A stretch of 64,000 bases of DNA from an uncultured Chloroflexia bacterium (lineage in GTDB: Bacteria; Chloroflexota; Limnocylindria; Limnocylindrales; CSP1-4). Location: contig CAVRJP010000005.1 in assembly GCA_963721765.1 (NCBI GenBank), positions 207,058 to 271,057 on the forward strand, given 5' to 3'. Shown here piece by piece: positions 54,277 to 62,148 of the stretch. A program made the translations under genes and the position numbers. Numbering within the stretch: the stretch's first letter is position 1; the number at the start of each line of letters is the position of its first letter. Under the pieces are notes generated by a model. The model was not told the DNA's origin. It was given only the letters and a program-made list of their open reading frames with translations, and did not search any database.

Positions 54277-55746
54277 ATGCTTCCCCACGATCCCGCAACC
54301 CAGGCAGGCTCGACGTCCGAGGAGACCGGCCAGTGGCCGGCGCCGACCGGGCTCGTCGACGAGCCGGTCCTCACCCCCGTCGTCCCGATCCGGCCCGAAC
54401 GCCGGCGCTCGTGGCCGTTCGCGATGGCCCTGGTCCTCGTCACCGTCCTCGGTGGCAGCGCCTTGTTCCTCTCGGGCTATACGGTGGGACGCGACCAGGA
54501 TCGATCGTCCGCGACCGCGATCTCGGAGCGCGAGGCGTGGCAGCCCTTCTGGGACGTCTACGACGCGGTCCGCACGCGCTACCCCCTGGAGCCGGTCGAA
54601 CGGAAGACGCTCATCCAGGGCGCGATCAAGGGCCTGGTCGAGTCGGTCGGGGACCCGTACTCGTCGTACCTGAACCCGGAGGACTACCGGGGCACGCTCG
54701 ACGACATCTCGGGCACGTTCGAGGGCATCGGTGCCGAGATCGGGTCCGTCGATTCCGCGGGGAATGCGAGCGACTGCAACCTGTTCGGGCCGGAGTGCCA
54801 CCTCGTGATCATCGCGCCGATCGAGGGCTCGCCCGCCGAGAAGGCCGGCCTGAAGCCCGGCGACGTCATCCTCGAGGTCGACGGGAAGACGCTCGACGGA
54901 CTGACCCCCGACGAGGCGCGCGATCGCGTCCGCGGCAAGTCGGGCACCGAGATCAAGCTCCACATCCAGCGGTTCGCAGCACCGGTGGCGGCGTCGCCGG
55001 GTCCGACCGGCTCCGTGGGCCCGACCGGCTCGCCGGCGCCCGCGGCTTCGCCGGTGGCGCGTGAGCTCATCGATGACTTCGAGATCACGCTCGTGCGAGC
55101 CAAGATCCAGCGCCGGGAGGTCTCGTCGCGCGTGCTCGCGGACGGGAACGTGGGCTACATGAGCCTGTCCGGCGTCTCCAGCGACAGCGCGAAGCAGCTC
55201 GAGGTGGCGATCAAGGCCCACCTCGACGCCGGGATCAAGAAGCTCGTGCTCGACCTCCGCGGGAATCCGGGCGGCTTCCTCTTCGACTCCCTCGACATCG
55301 CGAGCGAGTTCATCGGCAGCGGGCCGATCTACTGGGACGAGGACGCCCAGGGCAAGCAGACGGTGAGCGACGCCCGTGAGGGCGGGATCGCCACGGATCC
55401 CTCGATCGAGATCGTCGTCCTCATCGATCGGGGTTCCGCCTCGGCGGCCGAGATCATCGCCGGCGCGCTCCAGGATCGCGACCGGGCGACGCTCATCGGC
55501 GAGACCTCGTTCGGCAAGGGAACCGTGCAGCAGTGGCTCGACCTGGGCGAGGTCGGGGGCGTGAAGCTGACCACGTCCAAGTGGCTGACGCCGAACAAGC
55601 GCTGGATCCACAGGATCGGCCTCACGCCGGACATCGCCGTGACGGTGCCCGCCGACAACCCCGACGGCAACGACCCGGTGCTCGACGCGGCGCTCGAGGA
55701 GCTGGGCGCGACGGCGTCCGTGGAGGTCCTGCTCCGCGCCGCGTGA
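54277..55746 (+). CDS. ctpA: Carboxyl-terminal processing protease (S41 family) with a PDZ domain
   Basis: N-terminal TM, PDZ (SPAEKAGLKPGDVILEVDGK), S41 catalytic region (LVLDLRGNPGG..., ...DRGSASAAEI). ftsE-ftsX-ctp synteny. Confidence 0.85.
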   Translation: MLPHDPATQAGSTSEETGQWPAPTGLVDEPVLTPVVPIRPERRRSWPFAMALVLVTVLGGSALFLSGYTVGRDQDRSSATAISEREAWQPFWDVYDAVRTRYPLEPVERKTLIQGAIKGLVESVGDPYSSYLNPEDYRGTLDDISGTFEGIGAEIGSVDSAGNASDCNLFGPECHLVIIAPIEGSPAEKAGLKPGDVILEVDGKTLDGLTPDEARDRVRGKSGTEIKLHIQRFAAPVAASPGPTGSVGPTGSPAPAASPVARELIDDFEITLVRAKIQRREVSSRVLADGNVGYMSLSGVSSDSAKQLEVAIKAHLDAGIKKLVLDLRGNPGGFLFDSLDIASEFIGSGPIYWDEDAQGKQTVSDAREGGIATDPSIEIVVLIDRGSASAAEIIAGALQDRDRATLIGETSFGKGTVQQWLDLGEVGGVKLTTSKWLTPNKRWIHRIGLTPDIAVTVPADNPDGNDPVLDAALEELGATASVEVLLRAA

Positions 55747-55948
55747 GGTTGCTTGCGTCGAACGGCGAGTTCCGATACGGTTCTCCGCGAACGAAAGGAG
55801 GTGATGTGCAGTGTCAGAACACAGTCGCTGCACCACCTCGCAGGAGATGACCGTCTAGCCGGTCACTCCACGCGGGTGGTCAGCCGCAACCGAACGCCGG
55901 TCCTTCGGGACCGGCGTTCGTGCTTTCATTGCAGCCCGCCTGGAGCCT

Positions 55949-56431
55949 GTGCAGCCCCGATCCATGCCTGACAAGACGATCGCCCTGAACCGGCGCGCCC
56001 GCCACGAGTACTCGATCGAGGACTCGATGGAGGCGGGCATCGTATTGTCCGGGACCGAGATCAAGTCGATCCGCGCCGGCAAGGTCAACCTCGCCAACTC
56101 GTTCGCCCGCATCGACAAGGACGAGGCCTGGCTGGTCGGAGCCCACATCGCGCCATGGGATGGCGGCAACCGGCTCAATCACGAGCCGAAACGGGATCGG
56201 AAGCTGCTCCTGCATCGCCGCCAGATCGACGAGCTCCTGGGCAGGACGAAGGCCAAGGGCCTGACGCTCGTCCCGCTCAAGCTCTACATCACCGCTCGTG
56301 GCAAGGCCAAGCTGGAGCTCGGGCTGGGACGGGGCAAGCAGCTGTACGACCGCCGGCGCGAGATCGCGGCGCGGGACGTGCGGCGTGAGGTGGAGCGCGA
56401 GCTCGCCGAGTCCGGTCGAGGTCGTCGCTGA
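55949..56431 (+). CDS. smpB: SsrA-binding protein SmpB
   Basis: IALNRRARHEYSIEDSMEAGIVLSGTEIKSIRAGKVNLANSFAR...; tmRNA lies 1.9 kb downstream. Start may be the internal Met (MPDKT) at ~55964. Confidence 0.9.
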   Translation: MQPRSMPDKTIALNRRARHEYSIEDSMEAGIVLSGTEIKSIRAGKVNLANSFARIDKDEAWLVGAHIAPWDGGNRLNHEPKRDRKLLLHRRQIDELLGRTKAKGLTLVPLKLYITARGKAKLELGLGRGKQLYDRRREIAARDVRREVERELAESGRGRR

Positions 56432-56529
56432 CCTGCGCCCGTGTGTCCCGCCCGCGATGCAAGGTCGCCGTCACCTGCCCCGTCGGTCAACCGGTCCTGC
56501 CGTTGCAGTCAGCGACCTAGCGTCGCGCC

Positions 56530-57528
56530 ATGGTGACTGACGTTCGCTTCGGCTACGCGCTCTCGAGCGAGGAGCACCGGCCCAGCGCCCTGGTCGCGAA
56601 CGCGCGCCGGGCGGAGGAAGCCGGATTCGAATTCGCGATGGTCTCCGACCACTTCCACCCGTGGATCGACCGCCAGGGCCAGAGCCCATTCGTGTGGTCC
56701 GTCCTGGGCGGCATCGCGACGGCGACGACGCGCCTGAGGGTCGGGACCGGGGTCACGGCGCTCAGCGTCAGGATCCACCCGGCGATCCTGGCGCAGGCGG
56801 CCGCCACGGTCGCCGACATGCTGCCGGGCCGGTTCTGGTTCGGCGTCGGCACGGGCGAGAACCTCAACGAGCACATCTTCGGCGATCCATGGCCCGAGCA
56901 CGAACAACGACTCGCGATGCTCGTCGAGGCGATCGATCTCACGCGACGCCTGTGGACCGGCGAGCTCGTCAGCCATCACGGCGAGTTCTACGATGTCGTG
57001 CGAGCCCGGATCTATACGGTGCCCGAGCAGCTGCCGCCGATCCTCGTCGCCGCGAGCGGCCCCGAGACCGCCGAGGCGGCCGGCAGGGTTGCCGATGGTC
57101 TGATCGCGACGGGCCCGGAGAAGGAGTTGCTGACGGCCTTCGCGAAGGGTCGGGGCCGGAAGCGCTCGGACGCCCCGCGGGTCGGCCAGGTCACCGTGTG
57201 CTGGGCGAAGGACGAGGCGTCAGGCCGTAAGACGGCCCTTGACTGGTGGCCGACTGCCGCGATCGCGGGCGACAGCGGGCAGGAGCTGCCGCTGCCATCG
57301 AGCTTCGAGGCGCTTGCCAAGCTCGTGACGGAGGACGCCATCGCCGAGCAGATCCCGTGCGGGCCCGAGCCGGCGGTCCACCTCGCGAAGATCCAGGCGT
57401 ACCTCGACGCCGGCTTCGACCATGTCTACCTGCACCAGGTCGGGCCCGACCAGGAGGGGTTCCTCCGCTTTGCCGAACGCGAGCTGCTGCCTCGACTCAC
57501 GGGCCGCTCGAAGCGGCGAGCGGCCTAG
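56530..57528 (+). CDS. Luciferase-like (LLM) F420-dependent oxidoreductase, G6PD-like subfamily
   Basis: ...FEFAMVSDHFHPW...LRVGTGV...GRFWFGVGTGENLNEHIFGDPWPEHEQRLAMLVEAI is the TIGR03557-type pattern. Confidence 0.7.
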   Translation: MVTDVRFGYALSSEEHRPSALVANARRAEEAGFEFAMVSDHFHPWIDRQGQSPFVWSVLGGIATATTRLRVGTGVTALSVRIHPAILAQAAATVADMLPGRFWFGVGTGENLNEHIFGDPWPEHEQRLAMLVEAIDLTRRLWTGELVSHHGEFYDVVRARIYTVPEQLPPILVAASGPETAEAAGRVADGLIATGPEKELLTAFAKGRGRKRSDAPRVGQVTVCWAKDEASGRKTALDWWPTAAIAGDSGQELPLPSSFEALAKLVTEDAIAEQIPCGPEPAVHLAKIQAYLDAGFDHVYLHQVGPDQEGFLRFAERELLPRLTGRSKRRAA

Positions 57529-57865
57529 CCGTCTCGACTGGCCCGAGCGGCCGGTGACAGCACATGGCACGGCCGCAACTCCTGCCGCACGGTCGGTCGC
57601 CGTTGCGTGGCAGACATGGTTTCGGTGCGAATCTCACCGGTAGCCGTGTTCAGGCGGCGACCTACCCCGATTCCATGACTTCTGGACAAGAAATCGGCGG
57701 AAACGATCCACTTACGACGGCGATCCTGAACCGATCGCCCAGGATCTTGTCTCGGACGCATGGAATTGATCTCAACGTGGTCGGAGTCGAGGGCACGGGA
57801 ACGGTCGCGGCCGAAATCATGACCAACAAGCATGGGCGACCCTGTCCCGATGCGCGGAATCGCCG

Positions 57866-58273
57866 TTATCGAGCGGAGCGGGGAATCAGCGCCACGCGGG
57901 CAGCCTCGAGGACCAGCTCGGTCGCGATGGCTTCGTCGACCTCGTCACCCGGCTCGTAGGTCAGCCAGCGCGCCAGCTTGGTGATCCCGCGTCCATGCAT
58001 GACCCCGTCGGGATCCTCCATGTCAACGCCGCGCGGAAAGCCGAGGTGGACGTGCTCCGGTTCCAGCCACACCCAGGCGAACATCGCCGTGCGTTTGCGG
58101 ATGGGGATGTCATACCCGATGAGCCGCCAGCCGCTGCGCACGCGCTCCATCGCATCCGGCACCGCATCGAGGACGATCCGGCGAAGCCGGGTCGCGATGA
58201 CCCCGTGCGCCGGCGAGTAATCGGCGAGCAGCGCCTCGGGCGGGATCGTCTCGATGGGGGCTCGGGAGGGCAT
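57866..58273 (-). CDS. DUF1801 (YdhG-like) domain protein
   Basis: 135 aa; a weak DUF1801/YdhG-like pattern (...WRLIGYDIPIRKRTAMFAWVWLEPEHVHLGF...). Confidence 0.5.
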   Translation of the reverse strand: MPSRAPIETIPPEALLADYSPAHGVIATRLRRIVLDAVPDAMERVRSGWRLIGYDIPIRKRTAMFAWVWLEPEHVHLGFPRGVDMEDPDGVMHGRGITKLARWLTYEPGDEVDEAIATELVLEAARVALIPRSAR

Positions 58274-58312
58274 ACGGTAGAATATGCGTTCGAACGTTGA
58301 CGTTCGACCCGT

Positions 58313-58686
58313 GGGGATGCGTGGTCTCGACAGGGTCTGGTTGTCAGCGGACGCGAGCCGAGGTTGCCGTCAGGCCTCGTTAATCAGGCGGCAAAACGAA
58401 GTACCTGCCAACAAGCAGTCGACTCTCGCCCTCGCGGCTTAGGCCGTAAGGTGAGCGTGGAAACGGCCTCCGTCCCGCGGGCCGCGGAAGCGTCATGCAG
58501 CGGGGCTGCGAACCGGACGAGCGTCGCGTAGTCCGGGAACAAGCCCGATCTAGGGGCACGTGACTGGACCTCGGAGCAGGGTGCCGATCCTCGGCCCCGG
58601 GGTTGACGAAAATGATCGGACACGCTCGTAGTGGACGCTGTCGAAGGGCTCTGGACGGGGAGTTCGACTCTCCCCCATCTCCACCA
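58313..58686 (+). ncRNA. ssrA: Transfer-messenger RNA (tmRNA, SsrA)
   Basis: 5' GGGGATGCGTGGTCTCGACAGGG pairs with the 3' ...GGACGGGGAGTTCGACTCTCCCCCATCTCCACCA (T-arm plus acceptor, G3:U wobble, ends CCA). Internal tag reading frame ...GCC AAC AAG CAG TCG ACT CTC GCC CTC GCG GCT TAG gives ...ANKQSTLALAA*. Confidence 0.9.
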
Positions 58687-58764
58687 AATCTCCTGGCTCG
58701 GCCTCAGCCTGAGGCGCGATCGAGGGCGGACGCTCGCCTCGATCGAGGGTGTACGGTGCGCGCC

Positions 58765-59610
58765 ATGTCGGTCGGACCCGCCCTCGAGACGAATGGGCTC
58801 ACCAAGCGATTCCGGCGGACGGTCGCGGTCCGCGATCTCACCGTGTCGATCCCGGTCGGCGGCATCACCGCGCTACTGGGCCCGAACGGGGCCGGCAAGT
58901 CGACGCTCCTCAAGATGTGCATCGGATTCGAGCGGCCGACCTCGGGCAGCCTTCGCGTGCTCGGCATCGATCCGGTCCGGAGGCGGCGGGACGCGCTCTC
59001 GATGCTCGGCTATGTGCCCCAGACGGCGTCGCTCTACCGGGACATGCGGATCGAGGACCACCTTCGCCTGTCGCGGGCTCTGCGACCGGGCTTCGACATC
59101 GACCATGCCCGGGAGCGCGTCGTCACGCTCGGCATCTCACCCGCTGCCACCGCCGGTCACCTGAGCGGCGGGGAGCAGGCCCAGGTCTCCCTTGCGATCG
59201 CGCTCGGCACCCGGGCGCCGCTCCTGCTGCTCGACGAGCCGCTCGCGAACCTCGATCCGCTCGCCCGGCGCGAGTTCCTCGAGGTCGCCTCGGATGCGGC
59301 GAAGCGCGGCGACGTGAGCATCGTGCTGTCGTCCCACGTCATCTCCGAGATCGAGCCGGTCGCGGACCGGCTGCTGGTCCTGGGCGAGGGCCGCGTCCTC
59401 TTCGAGGATTCCGTCGCGGCGTCGATCGGGCAGCATCGCGTCCTCGACGACGGCGCCGCCGTGGACGGCCTCGACGTCGTGGCGCGGTTCCCAGGCCAGG
59501 GCAACGCCCGCCACCTCCTCGTGCGGTCGACCGACCCTTCGATCGGGCGGACCGGGTCGCTCGAGGAGGTCGTGATCGGCTACCTCGCGCTCGGAAAGCG
59601 CGCGGCATGA
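58765..59610 (+). CDS. ABC transporter ATP-binding protein
   Basis: Walker A GPNGAGKST, signature LSGGEQAQ, Walker B LLLDEP. Start set at MSVGP, because the longer ORF would overlap the tmRNA. Confidence 0.85.
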   Translation: MSVGPALETNGLTKRFRRTVAVRDLTVSIPVGGITALLGPNGAGKSTLLKMCIGFERPTSGSLRVLGIDPVRRRRDALSMLGYVPQTASLYRDMRIEDHLRLSRALRPGFDIDHARERVVTLGISPAATAGHLSGGEQAQVSLAIALGTRAPLLLLDEPLANLDPLARREFLEVASDAAKRGDVSIVLSSHVISEIEPVADRLLVLGEGRVLFEDSVAASIGQHRVLDDGAAVDGLDVVARFPGQGNARHLLVRSTDPSIGRTGSLEEVVIGYLALGKRAA

Positions 59611-60542
59611 CCACCCTGCGAGCGACGCTCCGGCCGCTGCGCACCGAGCTGATCGGCGTCGCCGGACTGACGGCGCTCCTGGGGTTCGCGGCCGGGTTCG
59701 TAGCCGCGCGGCTCCTCGCGTTCGACCTGCCCGCGGCTTGCCTGGGCGGGGAGTCATTCGAGATCGTCTGCCGCGGTCGCCAGGCCGACGCGATCGAGTA
59801 CCAGAATTTTGCAAGCAGCTGGGCGAGCGGTATCGCGTATCTCTCGGTTCTGCTCCCGCCGCTTGCCGGCATCGTTCTCGGGATCGCCACGATCGCCAAG
59901 GAGCTCGATCAGCGCACCGCTGTTCTCGCCTGGTCGGTCGGGCCATCACGGCGACGATGGCTGCTCCAGCGGGTCGCGCCGCTGACGGGCATCCTCGTCA
60001 TCCTTGGGATCGGCAGCACCTTCGTCTTCGAGGCGATGACACAGCTCGGCAATCCAGGAGCGGTCGCACGGGCCGAACGGCAGTTCGAGCTGATCGCGGT
60101 CACGGGCTTCGGTCCGGCTGCGGCAGGAATCTCGGCGTTCGGGATCACCGTCGTGGTCGGCGCGATGCTGGGGCGCCTGCTCCCGGGCATACTGGCGGCG
60201 GGCACCTTGGTGCTGTTCGGATCGCTGCTGATCCAGCAGGGCAACGACCGCATGATGGCGGGCGAGAGCGTGGTCGCCGAGGCCAGCGTGGCGGGGCAGG
60301 GCCGCCAGGTGGATTGGCTCCTGCGAGCGCCGGACGGCCGGATCCTCGGTTGGGAGGAGGCGTATGCCCTTTACGGTGACCTGGAGACGGGCGAGCTGGG
60401 CCCGGAGGTCATCGAGATGACCCGCTATGTCCCGATCGAGATCTACCCAGAGGTGGCCGCGCGCTATGTGCTCTTCCACCTGGTCGCCGGGCTGATGGCG
60501 TTGACGCTCGCGTTCGCGGTCGTCGAGCGCCGGAGTCCCTGA
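59607..60542 (+). CDS. ABC-2-type transporter permease (hypothetical)
   Basis: 311 aa, ~6 TM; the ATGA overlaps the stop of the ATPase gene. Confidence 0.6.
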   Translation: MTTLRATLRPLRTELIGVAGLTALLGFAAGFVAARLLAFDLPAACLGGESFEIVCRGRQADAIEYQNFASSWASGIAYLSVLLPPLAGIVLGIATIAKELDQRTAVLAWSVGPSRRRWLLQRVAPLTGILVILGIGSTFVFEAMTQLGNPGAVARAERQFELIAVTGFGPAAAGISAFGITVVVGAMLGRLLPGILAAGTLVLFGSLLIQQGNDRMMAGESVVAEASVAGQGRQVDWLLRAPDGRILGWEEAYALYGDLETGELGPEVIEMTRYVPIEIYPEVAARYVLFHLVAGLMALTLAFAVVERRSP

Positions 60543-60553
60543 AGAGGCGGCGA

Positions 60554-61580
60554 CTACCGCCAGCCGAGGTCCGGGGCCACGAACCTGAGGATGCTCTCGA
60601 CGGCGTGGGCGTTGTACTCGACGCCGAGCTGGTTCGGGACCGTCAGCAGCAGGGTGTCCGCGGCCTGGATCGCGGTGTCGTCGGCGAGCTGCTTGACGAG
60701 GACGTCGGGCTCCGCGGCGTACGAGCGTCCGAAGATCGCCTTCGTCTGGGCGTCGATGTAGCCGACCTTGTCGGCGTCCTCACCGCATCCGTCCGAAGTA
60801 CGCCCGGTCTCGATCATCGACCAGCGCGAAGATGCTCCGGCTGACCGAGACGCGCGGCTCGCGCTGGTGCCCGGCCGCCGCCCAGGCCTCCCGGAAGAGC
60901 CGGATCTGCTCGGCCTGGAGCTCGTGGAAGGGCACACCGGCGTCCTCGGTCATGAGCGTCGAGGACATCAGGTTGAGGCCCTGCCTGGCCGCCCATTCGG
61001 CGGTCGGGCGTGAGCCGGCGCCCCACCAGATGCGGTCGCGAAGCCCGGGCGCGTGCGGCTCGGGTCGCAGCAGCCCCGGCGGATTCGGGAACATCGGGTT
61101 CGGGCTCGGCTCGGCAAACCCCATGCCGGAGAGCACGCCCAGGAACACCCCGGTGTGGTCGCGCGCCAGGTCGGCGCCGACCGGGTCGTCCTCGGCAGGC
61201 TGGTAGCCAAAATGCCGGAAGCCATCGATGACCTGCTCAGGCGAGCCGCGGCTGATCCCCAGCTGCAGCCGGCCACCGGCGATCAGGTCGGCGGCCCCGG
61301 CGTCCTCGGCCATGTACATCGGGTTCTCGTAGCGCATGTCGATGACCGCCGTGCCGATCTCGATCCGCTTCGTCCTGGCACCGATCGCAGCGAGCAGTGG
61401 AAAGGGCGAGGCGAGCTGCTGGGCGAAGTGGTGGACGCGGAAGTAGGCGCCGTCGGCCCCGAGGTCCTCGACCGCCTCGGCGAGCTCGATCGACTGGATG
61501 AGGGCGTCCGAACCCGATCGCACCTGCGAGTAGGGCGACGTGGACCAGTGCCCGAACGAGAGAAACCCGATCTTCTTCAC
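60554..61580 (-). pseudogene. Luciferase-like (LLM) flavin/F420-dependent oxidoreductase, interrupted by an apparent +1 indel at ~60783-60790
   Basis: N-part (VKKIGFLSFGHW...RVSVSRSIFALVDDRDRAYFGRMR*) in one frame; C-part (...GEDADKVGYIDAQTKAIFGRSYAAEPD...LLLTVPNQLGVEYNAHAVESILRFVAPDLGW*) in the +1 frame. Junction taCTTCGGACGGATGCGGtgag. Confidence 0.65.
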
Positions 61581-61606
61581 GTGGGGATTCTGGGCGCGGT
61601 CGGCGA

Positions 61607-62104
61607 TCAGCGCCCGGCGGCCGACCAGCGCGTGTAGCGCGGCGGCCACTCGTCCGCGGCTCGCTCGCCGAGGATCGCCGACCCGACCTGGAGCTCGAAC
61701 AGCCAGTACGACTCGTCGACCTGGAAGAACCAACCGGACGCAACACGCTCTCGCAGGTCGCCCGCAGGGATCAGATGCGCTCGCCCGCGGACCGAGAACT
61801 CGTCGGGTGTCGCCTGGTCCTGGTGCGAGTGCAGCGCGTATCGACCGTCCTCGACCAGGTCGCGGCGCTTCGCCGAGTCGAGCAGGAAGACGTACAGGCC
61901 ACCATCGACGATGCCGACCGTCACCGGATGGATCCGCGGTGGCGCATCGGCGCGGATGGTGGCGAGCAGGGCCGCGCCCTGCGCTCGATCGAGCAACGCG
62001 GCTCCCGCCGAGGCCACCCTCGGCGCGCCTGCCTCGAGGTCTCGCCAGGAGGCGGGGGACGTTGGTTTCGTGTCGGCGTCCATGACCGTAGGATCGCAGG
62101 ACAT
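61607..62104 (-). CDS. Pyridoxamine 5'-phosphate oxidase (PPOX)-family protein, probably F420/FMN-dependent
   Basis: 165-aa split-barrel pattern (...AALLATIRADAPPRIHPVTVGIVDGGLYVF...HLIPAGDLRERVASGWF...). Confidence 0.6.
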   Translation of the reverse strand: MSCDPTVMDADTKPTSPASWRDLEAGAPRVASAGAALLDRAQGAALLATIRADAPPRIHPVTVGIVDGGLYVFLLDSAKRRDLVEDGRYALHSHQDQATPDEFSVRGRAHLIPAGDLRERVASGWFFQVDESYWLFELQVGSAILGERAADEWPPRYTRWSAAGR

Positions 62105-62148
62105 TCGTCACGTTGCCCGTTGTCGACACCCCGTCCACCATTCGGGGC

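Noticed and set aside
57564-57959. 131-aa + strand ORF in the convergent spacer, as a real gene.
   Set aside because: Mixed third-position GC, no motifs, and it overlaps the DUF1801 gene end. Kept only as an unexplained-region finding.
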